The position numbers and the translations under genes are program-made. This document shows positions 18,101 through 22,400 of a stretch of DNA of 41,593 nucleotides, in pieces. The first letter of the stretch is position 1, and every line of letters starts with the position of its first letter. The DNA comes from an uncultured Roseiflexaceae bacterium (lineage in GTDB: Bacteria; Chloroflexota; Chloroflexia; Chloroflexales; Roseiflexaceae), in assembly GCA_903868295.1 (NCBI GenBank), contig CAIPUQ010000290.1, forward strand, positions 1 through 41,593, given 5' to 3'. The notes under the pieces are model-generated. The model saw only the letters and a program-made list of their open reading frames with translations. It did no database searches and was not told the origin of the DNA.

Positions 18101-19374
18101 CGTTCACGGTCCTTATCCCTGCGGTGAGTATCCCAGAACTCAGTTCCATCCAGCTCCCTGCCAGTGGCTCAGGATCAGCGCTCGAAATCACCGCAGATGT
18201 TTCGACGGGCAGTGGACCGACCACCATACAAACCTCCATCGACATCGATGGGATAGCGACAGCGCCCATTACCGACACGACCCTCATCGTTTGGGATGCA
18301 GCCGGCCAAGCCGACACCCAAAGTCAAACTGCGATAACGACAACGCTCCAAAACACGTTGTTTGCGCAGCTCGAACTCAATGATCATGTCGCTGCAGCAC
18401 TCGACACAAACGGCACATTGACCACCTGGGACCTTGGCACAGACACCATCGGTCTCGCTGAACCGTTGAACAACATCGTTCAATTTGCTCTCGGGGACTC
18501 GGATAATCAGCGGCTCTTGACACTCAATACGACCGGCGTCATCACCAGTTACACAGCACTGGGGAACGAAACGATTGCATTGGGAGCACCTGCTGTTTCG
18601 GTTGCCGCAGGCACCTTCCACTCACTCGCACTGACGGCGAATGGTGATGTCTATGGCTGGGGATCGAACGCGAACAATGCCATCATTACCGGGGACCCAA
18701 CCGTACCAATTACCACACCGGTACGGACGGGGCTTACCGATGTGACGCAAATCGCGGCTGGATTGAACTTCAGTATGGCATTGCGGAGCGACGGCCAAGT
18801 CCATGCATGGGGAGATAACACTCTCGGTCAAGCCACGGTCCCAACGGCCGCACGCGCAGATGTTATCCAAATTGCAGCAGGCGATAGCCATGCACTTGCA
18901 TTGCGTGCCGATGGAACGGTTATTGCCTGGGGCAGTAATGCAGCAGGTCAAACAACCATACCTGTCGGAGCCGTAGACGTCCTCTACATTGTTGCAAATG
19001 CAAAGAGTAGTGCGGCTGTTACACGCAGTGGGCAAATCTATGTATGGGGACAAACCACACTCGATGCAAATTGCTGTACGGGCGCGACCACCGTGGCATT
19101 GAGCACCGCACGCACACTCACAAATGGAGTACGTGCTACCCGGCAACAGAACCGTTCGCTGCCTGCGAGCATCGCACCAGTGGCGCTGCAGTTCCGCTTT
19201 AGCGGGCTTGTCCATGGGCGACGGTACCGATACACGGTGATCGTGAGTAATGCGTCCGGTTCACGAACGTACACAGGGCTATACACCTCTGTTCATCCAT
19301 TCAATCGACTCTTCCTCCCGCAGATTTTTGTCGATAGCGGTGCGACCTCATCATCTACCCCGAGTGGGAAATAA
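184..19374 (+). CDS. Giant multidomain membrane/surface protein (>=6,396 aa): TM segments, thrombospondin type-3 repeats, ~9 LamG/ConA-like domains, F-type lectin and discoidin-like domains, LVIVD-like propeller, Ig-like modules, P-domain, C-terminal RCC1 repeats
   Basis: Uninterrupted 19.2-kb ORF in frame +1 ending at TAA 19372-19374. My own translation of nt 1-183 in the same frame has no stop, so 184 is only the first ATG. Alternative starts are 307, 391, or upstream of the window. Domain motifs were read directly from the translation (see sub-features). Confidence 0.93.
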   Translation: MDILIPGDTKTGASRTAIHTTFFAYARTGLALQKMLNNPLRMVSLWVGSDVPTVGLWILRVSALLALAGMSYVVIAFRRRLMAPLTFVFIGVLIYQPFSTVPRASAATQQAPTPIAVAQSGNTTPAAPQVFNPLVAPVQQFGGIVLPSAGTATVGESTAAVLPNGRADFTSRAANGEVDTDSDRLSDTDEQARQTSTTKSDTDNDGLTDYDEVQLGTNPLSSDADKDTLSDSAEIQLGTNPNSADTDLDGLTDTVEVKSFTQYPGSVNKFYSNPVVADTNGDGLYDGLECVEKTVTNSARCTDTNGDGVPNFVSFDNDGDKVPDQADLSPNDASAITYTDANPYGFKILNTALTSKPLTVDIQIRPAKDALLYANNAIYDWPTADKDGQIQRGKTTTFASSTVFNATDATASNGDIKVTAMLEIRIPVSSGQYGNLPTKACPADLTNIVKLNPADANSCVDTSKTNPYGLSIGWSRDTQGNSKTNEVTISSPLNPDYDISGSIVAYSTKMYYQTGAQAWTTNHQVRLQWLVSSIQDSCPADKVECTDAERVEFSSLLQSYYGDWNLVGMQATENLGAKATLVYEDVTKAEVNDDSKRRLAITQLANVVKNSFVDLPFLQISGTDTDKSLSVLFDNTRNTAAAVATTAYGINKSSTRASTFTYDTMLHMVAVNTTEIPKILNASLCRKNTKADACAEAATYRAACESKTTIECRLGMVIATETTERNVSLSFSDNKLDFLNEDETISRTTNGLMYRVKGGQWVAVTDSEDVATELSLVQQQFVRGATPTALTEKEWNTLNQTLLLATLTSFGTPVAKGYKKSQISAILAGVTKARFTTGIKTLWGDEITNTYTTYAPFINKQIMQFRLASVAGASKMSDSATNIGNSFEVAVSVIPALTEAVADVTAGLADISLKSKASILVAAIATFNAAFSLGTTFDASGTVSPKMQALLINSVNLVLAVRETVNAVKAVSAAVKAAGSLSGAMTKAASVAATAAKAGTAAKFMKVLGPVMIGLAIAATWAVGIIAAINAEYGWQKGNAIAGMIGQTIAILFVLALTAIPVVGQIIGAVIAVLDALAAIACATLSEKEQRSTAGKWLCGGITGILANFFTPYASNIVVDPDDPWSRYMKVDGVSPQIKNPSAGFRVGNSMTNGIKVTDYIERMPFPSTWMALPWFWQWNRQDTRDASFNYALNPAQINMSGSISTGSQRGQWTANSYCDSAVEGCEYYVDGEKTYQYRKSVTINYDAPFDSSGINVSQPDLYLSTAYKVPQQTCFLLFIFIAVIPICYIETHTGNPKYININETSKTKYDIFPATFEEFIALRADAQGYTFAWSPLDAVPAFPTFIDADNDGLSNAIEVTMGSRDNAYDSDADGVADNREKAIGTLAGNPDTDNDGLTDAQEAQFKTDPVAADTDGDGLLDGEEVVHMRNGVVTGGWDVVYAIVDGVPSMTWTGSDPNSADADNDGIIDLREKVLGWSPYAKNSGEILAVNGGLREALAPLIQVGFERQATGAFVGNGSAATTLRCIGTCPAINATERRGNPHSVFTGAQGLSAGTGNQSLFSTQFTLSLSLKPTVAAYQTLFNQFGHVAVLRTATGAIRVMLETTNGIVDFTSAPIVPINRWSHLAVTYGDSALVIYVDGVEATRTKVGTILRDTVVSDSELTIGSYTLNYVPKFVGGIDDVAVYQIALRPTEVAMLKNGTLPNSSDFVVRPGDRVTYSVNSTNKLLGRSMQGLTTVTGTSEKNAYSTDKTIAMGLAAAATSSFDGTFAVPGSVNNATSQSVYTNSCVFADNQLCVKFDEVPASYPFSFTDVSANESHLTCASAVACPQYTASDGSWRFTSNTALSTTPAVGNTISFQDMSIALWVRPEGQSTATRTIVQSSNTGAPLQVALALEKPIFTLGGSTLSAPNALPLNTWAHLAFVLEKQKRSIYVNGILVASESTPVAYPGSFGSLRIGRDAAANSFAGSLRDIQIQSRSLSAQQLRMLANTCEDPALMSCLPLVAADGTTDYSTYGQTQSVSVSGAEVNNFTSAAQYPTGFATLLTNHDFTLITKVKIAALTQIIAQTGTAVSGGNQFKLWVNNGVPTLTMGSVSATTTARMAVGSWYVIAARVSNGTLALRLITATGETSGAQRTGDALLKGQEPLTFGASAMNLDAFRLYRTAVSDATILAVAQYALNGRLTVGLNRPPVSDQMDVSVDARPKIIVPDANFERMPDTCSAMTAAVCLPFTSANYGFNASYTASATATQSTYYGLGFVASHAIDNNVGTITHTGLVWIFPENKPWLEIDLGSVKPIHTIQVSNRTDCCSERLNSAIVFLGNTSFGRESDLNRNAANAVAWRSVFCNTASLSCNGSAPVSTVTFPDGTAARYVRIQLQGMNFLHVREVAVNGKFFSCEQDGTCPTVSNGGTEFVSGRRIGMSQTSSKTIFEGDKNFTVMGWFKFNNPAAESLIVGDNADVTSAFNRLKIGVKSNRMFMSFGGSSEQLGSATGTITANTWHHLAYVKSGRTTTMYFNGIEVANATASGTANLTGVRQVTIGATNTGEANLNGLMRNFEIHTAALTPSQITTVAESPVYELRFALDEPALSTTFGETTSSAVALTCLSACPMSGVPGRDATALRFDGTQSLAPKTSETTQMMSYLMPRTTIPWSWSPPVDSLSYTVGLWVKPTTHNSWLIGNTSSLQPLRLGINANGAVTFERSKECWQQLWVYIGYTCYSSTPLVSVATLPINTWSHVVVSVVNGNEMISVNGIATTRSNAQTTSYRGASLTQTALTFGEGFVGELDDITISSVPTTSGSAATALTKQSPSWNLRFEETLNSEQITVANGITKTEQIDSVALPDGTYGRSGIQRYLYAASCNLPEITGAQCPVGDTRGMAGVADTFNGRNTLMTVSNGLGITQDIAAGGTFQLMIKPEQLTGTQTILSYGNATGTDSWRVQIVDGKVRFALGTRTFTASNKLAPAWNHVAFSFSTGAGSKATLYQNGNEDAAMVSSTSGDIASLGANNAYKFRIGGKILNGAFHEMFRGGIDDITLTPSKIPNPKAFRIARSQFSQSFAKAKLGSITIDADVPTIKITNPQYVSRLPQQFIVETNDSSSYISRVTAGITSTLSATGAIVSATTAAIAAPVCADAAAGKSYCPTFEVSQSPSRPVEGKYGIIFNAYDAVNNRAYGQSMILVDTTAPRSGSVSLIRPTGTYTTTREANAPYHSILVNIAASDPALTNAGGMPGSGVAAVYVNIKDNSGRTINTMPIPATKRGSVWRARMELPFGNPSGYYQLAVIARDAVGNQSTEITIADASNPIHVDGSAPRDTVAFPSPYDANQYFVGNEQLSGRISDFTDGRAPLAEGMRIRVDFNAPDGTKAFDNRADNRYNISCATCPIIGVDSTDTTRRVARFNIDAPSQHLIITNGATVITGTFSIVINAKITNNGTLVSAGIASNPRFRLRAERAGTSYRVVAQRGTTSVATPGTLRANTWYTFIYNEFRNGTVPTMTLWYGTDLRAMQSAPTTSSVSKPIGTPGNTPVMADITLGAMQSSALTAAREDFFRGSLDDFILSSTIISPRDLIGPSVSVGSAATRHQTRLAIEEDAVTQTDGLADLAEFYQPMNQTSLPMVDSLNGTRSSRCIAGFTIDTSTCSAVTPGFSSNALTAAVATDGVQSGYVLTTTATTQKTIATRIKLNADSQSGLLWWLQPDATSDSLAFQVTYDRTLQQLGFVLNDRDAAYVRTTDTAVTIDDDAWHTVMLTTVGTTVGEDVTIYVDGVQILKTTVPGHWNGATLGIGALTGVTGYTNRGSISQAATGGMVDDLAVFSQALTTPNMVAYGFGYSTVLHVPLDDANIVAGAQIIDASPFGHAGVVRSSGALRTVIGTVGTAALNTAATDRLEVIDANGISFAAPDTAWSMSAWVKPTANNQTATIVTGTNQGYQYRLSTNAGKPRFEMSGIDVQSNVALSSAVASNVVVSNDGAIVKLIVDGIVQASATTTASGPSIPTNPEETLAFATSVQSSNDTSGGLYPATAALDGNVSTYTRTRTEAYPYWQASRVGLAEPQVVFDRFILRNSGVALLPLQNFYVFVMDTPLTSAGDGSIAALKQSAVWYTYYSGTVSDRAVIDLPPGIKGSTIRIVADNPNAALAIGEFIAVRLPRVVVGNGFVGVVDDVRVYRRALNSQDLARIRAMAWRTSTLEPQLDGFVWKQSQSVGIEASASLQSMSQDTNGNSQLSQGEKPLWAGNVDTLAPRVVKTISDKTLSVTIDDRNLDISQVTLPCGDADTQSLQRPNSLWFLQHMSVLDGTYSTPTKLEATCPITAGPEFIQTTTQVVSPTSVLAYGARFAYLGGMNSLSVLDVRAGLPLIQSTIPMRGNVQLITVNRNKTLAYVLGTTGTQSFLSILDIASSPLAPTVVGLLQLDLPAGIAYTAMGVSTNTAGDAFVILMDSATPQNITTINVTDTRAPIRGAITSITTGGMYDLAVSADIVATAAGESGIVLYRIGESGGLTAIDRIATPGYPHKVFFHANDLFVIDDDEDYTGSVEPSTANTLRVYPVITSIADGEATLVAPIIQRSEYQHTTPIDTDTLAFYRMYDIEQYHDNEILVLSTNLDPTTHQRVSLIDTAPATARLLSDTRIASTVPVGLASNTKKLIAMTKQGTLHRLYGLQVNDTRQDTTACDQRNNCTTVTSNITNTLVLGQNPPLQSSIRILNQSNVYGSTDQTIHLSAEAPLGINSIVLKANNQIVQTIPVSPTLTTYESMVTLALPSGIYTMTAELTDTQLVTTQSTVLNTAVDTTAPSIRIIDSVIGASQFVNDMFIIQMVITDDVGLEQLQIINTLTNAPIPFSSTQRTYDTTCRCVITDIRTAYNRRASDATGLPIRMTAIDRAGRSTQLTTTILFDSTPPTVLNPVLNANIAGATTSLAAEQVLTSNPPTDLAVAWSRITDISNIVLNQVEYTVQTISGTRQYTNTVPVSGLSVPAGSTAITNTSEASKMTFAMRLRDVLGNEGVTQLPSIYVDTPLTPDYTVVESTAPVYRGFLGNGCATLGEDRRATNRDIQRFAMTWDTQAIRLNYQGADWEYDGDLFVYLDTKVGGTVSSYRPSSYTKTITDSVALGESYITLPVNTAARTIASSSTLASYINTFQTGLVASQRGVRANSPQGSDYVIHVQNRTVAQILRWDETARSWMNDGAAPTYQFVDELGIKQTDLRVAFGQIGYTTGNPFGVIAYATAPQGFLPWATFPSTNPIRTDQGSDLIAITPMINGYGWSSLNSGVCPNTTVNSPDTTRINATLRSTPGGSYQRAIADSYANTEPDAIVQIIEETAQICSLVPTNGWCKRVEEYAQTNSTGSALLDELSSGLLTEQSPVVGDGSVVTYTLSLSNPTNTRSRTMYAIVQTYGGIWLTEGNSTGAAPMAIIGGGTYDYHSISDPTLRDYHLIRINPIAANSSSTLSFRGSIDPNKAQSSSSDRTKTTTIAKVEVRITDDATATAINRARTLEWLNAAVAIDTEAPSTFAPDVQTSVRRGTTRFTGSVKDMSTIPLVELQYTTNLRTTPTQIQCGAAVVSRWTCPVTIAAGVTNVSYRLRASDAYGQQSDWTAWYGSTVDDQAPSFNFDAQTDAMVNAAYVGGTTIAINGFITDTLSTATVRVCDESLGTCADASSATITPSTLAPIVTSASPNQIVNAAPCATTDFSEYDTMEISQTSAGSTDRIASLSVAVNATSVAVETLNLWLQSPSGTIVPLLTSRRSAGTNLRAVFGDEHIATTDILTGTIEMASDPISVHPDGQLSTLIGEPVNGVWNLIACDQVGDSIQSTVADWAISFIPAAPFTSTNTPWNYTLQKTANIDNALRVLNIRGIDASSNSSTTRSLTLRIDTRAPSLMVTQRATTILKGTSAILFDGTVNEGGTLRSLSANIYDATSLVATELIPVVEDESTELDRLSFLHGKAIRTASWELPFDTATLSTGTYKIQFIAIDVAGNQTTSDAFTVLIPAVSIPELSSIQLPASGSGSALEITADVSTGSGPTTIQTSIDIDGIATAPITDTTLIVWDAAGQADTQSQTAITTTLQNTLFAQLELNDHVAAALDTNGTLTTWDLGTDTIGLAEPLNNIVQFALGDSDNQRLLTLNTTGVITSYTALGNETIALGAPAVSVAAGTFHSLALTANGDVYGWGSNANNAIITGDPTVPITTPVRTGLTDVTQIAAGLNFSMALRSDGQVHAWGDNTLGQATVPTAARADVIQIAAGDSHALALRADGTVIAWGSNAAGQTTIPVGAVDVLYIVANAKSSAAVTRSGQIYVWGQTTLDANCCTGATTVALSTARTLTNGVRATRQQNRSLPASIAPVALQFRFSGLVHGRRYRYTVIVSNASGSRTYTGLYTSVHPFNRLFLPQIFVDSGATSSSTPSGK
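343..501 (+). other. ORF A N-terminal hydrophobic pair / signal-peptide-like segment
   Basis: VGLWILRVSALLALAGMSYVVIAF-RRR-LMAPLTFVFIGVLIYQPF-STVPRASA/A. Two hydrophobic stretches (343..414 and 424..477) are separated by RRR. The second is followed by an A-S-A signal-peptidase-like site (493..501). If translation starts at ATG 391, this reads as a Sec (or RR-type) signal peptide. Confidence 0.5.
718..1179 (+). other. Thrombospondin type-3-like Ca-binding repeat block 1 (ORF A)
   Basis: Serial Asp-rich D-x-D-x-D-G-x-x-D-x-x-E units: DTDSDRLSDTDE, DTDNDGLTDYDE, DADKDTLSDSAE, DTDLDGLTDTVE, DTNGDGLYDGLE, DTNGDGVPNF, DNDGDKVPDQAD. Confidence 0.8.
2842..3525 (+). other. Internal Ala/Gly-rich polytopic hydrophobic module of ORF A (aa ~887-1114)
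   Basis: An amphipathic Ala/Lys stretch (AVKAVSAAVKAAGSLSGAMTKAASVAATAAKAGTAAKF) is followed by at least 3 long uncharged helices: MKVLGPVMIGLAIAATWAVGIIAAI, IAGMIGQTIAILFVLALTAIPVV, GQIIGAVIAVLDALAAIACATL. Possible extra helices are ASILVAAIATFNAAFSLGTTF and WLCGGITGILANFF. No family recognised. Confidence 0.6.
4006..4053 (+). other. Isolated hydrophobic TM-like segment of ORF A
   Basis: CFLLFIFIAVIPICYI: 16 consecutive uncharged, mostly aliphatic/aromatic residues between soluble-looking regions. Confidence 0.5.
4222..4605 (+). other. Thrombospondin type-3-like Ca-binding repeat block 2 (ORF A)
   Basis: IDADNDGLSNAIE, DSDADGVADNRE, DTDNDGLTDAQE, DTDGDGLLDGEE, DADNDGIIDLRE. Confidence 0.8.
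6940..7362 (+). other. F-type lectin (fucolectin/FTP-like) domain in ORF A
   Basis: ASHAIDNNVGTITHTG...KPWLEIDLGSVKPIHTIQVSNRTDCCSERLNSAIVFLGN...ARYVRIQLQGMNFLHVREVAVNG. The N-R-x-D-C-C-x-x-R-L string (R-x-D-x4-R at 7099..7122) and the W.(E/V)DLG core are hallmarks of F-type lectin / discoidin-fold domains. Confidence 0.7.
9379..10140 (+). other. Ig-like beta-sandwich modules (ORF A), bounded by D-T/G-x-A-P junctions
   Basis: IDADVPTIKI ... AYDAVNNRAYGQSMILVDTTAP ... ARDAVGNQSTEITIADASNPIHVDGSAP. The D.(A/V)GN plus VDxxAP junction motifs are typical of bacterial Ig-like surface modules. Similar junctions occur near 12885, 14525, 14850, 16665, 16960 and 17765. Confidence 0.5.
12151..12630 (+). 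other. Discoidin / F5-8 type C-like domain apparently inserted within the ninth LamG fold
   Basis: SSNDTSGGLYPATAALDGNVSTYTRTRTEAYPYWQA...FDRFILRN...GSTIRIVADNPNAALAIGEFIAV. It lies between the LamG (L)IVDG strand (ends ~12115) and the closing VVVGNGFVGVVDDVRVY strands (12619..12672). Confidence 0.5.
13156..14150 (+). other. LVIVD-repeat-like beta-propeller region (ORF A)
   Basis: Periodic units: ARFAYLGGMNSLSVLDVRAG, LAYVLGTTGTQSFLSILDIASSPLAPTVVG, DAFVILMDSATPQNITTINVTDTRAP, DIVATAAGESGIVLYRIG, ANDLFVIDDD, NEILVLSTN...RVSLIDTAP. Confidence 0.45.
14230..15215 (+). other. Further Ig-like modules (ORF A)
   Basis: IRILNQSNVYG...IHLSAEAPLGINSIVLKANNQ...; VDTTAPSIRIID...ITDDVGLEQLQI...AIDRAGRSTQLTTTILFDSTPPTV...; RDVLGNEGVTQLPSIYVDTP. 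Confidence 0.45.
17191..17613 (+). other. Proprotein-convertase P-domain-like module (ORF A)
   Basis: IASLSVAVNATSVAVETLNLWLQSPSGTIVPLLTSRRSAGTNLRAVFGDEH...LIGEPVNGVWNLIACDQVGDSIQSTVADWAISF. This matches the (D)L.i.L.SPsGT...L and G.W.L.v.D...D.G.l..W.L.f signatures of P_proprotein domains. Confidence 0.65.
18280..19053 (+). other. C-terminal RCC1-repeat propeller (ORF A)
   Basis: VSVAAGTFHSLALTANGDVYGWGSNANNAI; VTQIAAGLNFSMALRSDGQVHAWGDNTLGQATVP; VIQIAAGDSHALALRADGTVIAWGSNAAGQTTIP; VLYIVANAKSSAAVTRSGQIYVWGQ. More degenerate blades lie upstream (HVAAALDTNGTLTTWDLG; IVQFALGDSDNQRLLTLNTTGVITSY). Confidence 0.8.
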
Positions 19375-19378
19375 GGAG
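19373..19378 (+). promoter_or_regulatory. Shine-Dalgarno (AAGGAG) for ORF B, overlapping the ORF A stop codon
   Basis: gggaaaTAAGGAGcgccgctATG: AAGGAG lies 7 nt upstream of ATG 19386 and overlaps TAA 19372-19374. This implies co-transcription and coupled translation of the two giant ORFs. Confidence 0.65.
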
Positions 19379-19385
19379 CGCCGCT

Positions 19386-19472
19386 ATGAAGAAATCATTA
19401 CTTTTTTCTCACATCATGCTCGTCCTGACCCTCTGCGCGACCACCCTGCTACGCCCAGCACCAGTCTCGGCT
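19386..19472 (+). other. Sec-type signal peptide of ORF B
   Basis: MKKSLLFSHIMLVLTLCATTLLRPAPVSA/APAG: KK n-region, hydrophobic core and a V-S-A cleavage motif. Confidence 0.75.
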
Positions 19473-22400
19473 GCTCCCGCAGGGACCACCGGTGCTCAAC
19501 TGGCGAACGGCAGGAGCGGCAGACTGGCGATGCCAGCGGTCGGACTGTGGTTCAATGCATCCGGAGGCCAATTAGCCGACGGATCTGACGGGATGCGCTT
19601 TGTGTTCCACTGCGCCGATGGCAACGGCGAACAAGTCTGGTTCACCAACGCAGTCAACTATTTCAGTGGTGCGTGTTCAGCAACAGGTTTGAACGTCAAA
19701 ATCGGCGGCACCAATGTGGGATCTCGAGGAATCGACTGGACGTCCAAGACTATTCGCGTCATCAATGGTTCTGCATCGCTGACCGAGTCAGGATCCGGCA
19801 GTGGGTACGCGATTATCGATTACACTGCGACCGTTGGGGGTTACACCTACAACATCGAACGCGAGATAACATACATCTTTCCGAATCAATTTTTCACCGA
19901 GAAATACACCGTTACCGTTCCTGCATCGGCACCGACGCAAACAATAACCATCACCAAAGGTGGCGATACAATGCCCGGGGGGTTCGATCTTGGTGTCGGC
20001 GCGTCGGTCAATCTGCCATTCAAAACGGTGTATTCGATCGAGGAGACTGCACGCAAAATTCTCGGTTTCCGAGAAGGCGTTGCAGGCACATTATCAAACA
20101 TTTATGCAGGTCCATACGGGTCTGCGAACGCGCTTGCAGCGACAAATGATGCGTTTGCATCGGGCATAACGGCAGCATCACACGACACCGGCCTCGTCGC
20201 ACAGTTTGTGATTCCGCACACCACGACCAACGTGTCGCGCTTGTATTCCCGTACATTGCAGACCATTACCTCGTTCCAATCCTTGAGTTTGCAGGCACAG
20301 TTCGGCGAAGCACTCGTTTACAGCAGTACAACGTTGACGTTATTGCTTTCCAATTATTGGTCGAGTTCCGCAAGTAACGCATCTGCGATTCAATTTCGCT
20401 TCAACTTACCTTCCCCGCTCAAAGTCAGTGGTGCGCACAGCTCGACATGCAGCGGAGCGAGTATTACAGCAAACACAGGATCAAACAACATCAACGTTTC
20501 CAATGCCAGTTTGAGTTTTCTGACCACGTGTCAGATTCAAGTACCGGTAGCAATGCCGAGTGCCGGAGTAATCAATCTGAGTAGTTCGCTTGTGTCAAAC
20601 ATGAGTTCCACTGGAGCAGTATTGGTCAACAACGTGGCGGCGTCGTCAACAGATTTCAACTTTGGTCTGCCGACCAACACACGGACGCCGTACCCGACAA
20701 ACACACCGCTTCCCACCGATACGGCTACTGCCACCCACACGGCAACAAACACTCCGACTGCAACACACACTCCGACATCCACCTATACCCATACCCCTAC
20801 CGCGACGTACACACCGACATACACATACACCCCGACCAATACACCGACCAACACCAACACACCGGTAATCAGTCTATCGACGCCTGAAATCCCTGTTCGT
20901 GGCCAGAGTGGACCGGTCTTTGGGTGGGGAGCACCTGCGCCGTACAAACTCAATGCAATCCCAGCAGTTGCCAATAGTGGGATAACCAATCTCGCACTCG
21001 GCGCGCATCATGCACTCGCCGTTACGTCTGCAGGGGCGGTTATTGGCTGGGGTACGAACATCAATGGGGAGCTTACCATCCCGCGCCTCACCGGCGTCGT
21101 ACAGGTTGCAGTGGGAACAGCCCACAGTGCTGCGCTCAAGAGCGATGGTTCGGTCGTGCTATGGGGCCAGCCATCTGCTCGTACTGCACCGGTTGGCGGC
21201 CGTTTGACCAACATCGCCCAAATGGCAACGGGTAATCAACACACGGTCCTGTTGGGCAACGACGGCAAAGTCTTTGTCTACGGAGACCCCACGCAGCGGT
21301 CCGCTGTACCAGACTTCACCGGCAAAACGATTGTTTCCATTGCAGCAGGCTCTGATAGCTCATTTGCCCTCGGCAGTGATGGAGCACTCTACCGATGGGG
21401 TAAGTCCATCGTCATCCCCGCCCGTGTCTCAGGCAGCGTCCAACGCATCTATGCCAGTGGGACTTTGTATGGCGCATTGCGGAGTGACGGCGAGCTCGTG
21501 GTGTTTGGACCCGGCGTCGCTGCACTCAATCCAACCGACAGCGCAACCAAAATCAGTGCATCGACCGCCGGTTGCCCATGCCTCGTCATCCCATCCATGG
21601 AACGACTCCAGTCGCTGAGCCAGACCAAATGGGGTCTGCTGCTGAGCCGTGCGAATCGCCCGGCTCGCGCATACAGTAATACCGGTGCTCGTATACCAGC
21701 GAACATCCCCGTTGCGTACCATGCACTGATTGGGTCACCGAGTCACAATTATGCACTCGGGATTGCCCTGCCTGACGCACCGACGTCTGTTCCTACTCGC
21801 GACACGACGTTCCGCTTGCCAATCCGCACTGCGCCCAAATACCAAACTGCGGGATACCTTTCCATTTGGGGTGCAGATCCACGCTTCACAAATATCCCCC
21901 CAGCTGCCGAGGACACACTCTTTCAAGTCGTCAGCGGAGCGCGCCACGTCAGTGTGTTGCGCACCGATGGTGCTGTTCTGGCCTGGGGCGACAATCAATA
22001 TGGGCAGTCTTCGGTTCCACCCAGTCTGTCACAGGCCCGCGCAATAACCGACACCTTTCGCATCGTTGCACTCGCTGCCGGCACGAACCACACACTCGCA
22101 TTGCGGGCAAATGGAGCCGTCGTCGGCTGGGGCAACAACGATGCTGGCCAGTTGTCCATCCCGTCTGAATGGACGCTAGGGAATCCATCTGCCACCCCGA
22201 CCATGACGCCTGTGACGACGAATACCGAAACGCCGACAATCACCGATACGGCAATCCCCGGTGTATCGACCGAAACAGCAACCAAAACACTCACATCGAC
22301 GCGCACATTGACCGCGAGTCGAAGCAGAACTCCGACCCTTTCGCGTAGCCCAACAACAACCGCATCAGGCGAAACGTCGCGCATCATCCAAGTTGCAGCA

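Noticed and set aside
184-19374. ORF A as a polymorphic toxin (Rhs/YD, LXG, CDI-like) with a C-terminal toxin and downstream immunity gene, or as an RTX adhesin.
   Set aside because: There are no YD/Rhs repeats, no GGxGxD nonapeptides and no VENN/PT-type pre-toxin motifs. The C-terminus is an RCC1 propeller plus an FN3-like tail. The downstream gene is another 2,300-aa multidomain protein, not a small immunity protein.
20670-20864. Repetitive DNA as a CRISPR array or non-coding tandem repeat.
   Set aside because: The repeats are imperfect and 3-nt periodic, and they lie in frame within a long ORF. They encode Thr/Pro linkers and have no repeat-spacer regularity.
20537-20989. Gly/Val-rich antisense ORFs (also 25721..26077) that look like repetitive small proteins.
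   Set aside because: They are the reverse-complement reading of the Thr/Pro (ACN/CCN) linker codons of ORF B (GGN/GTN), so they are artefacts.
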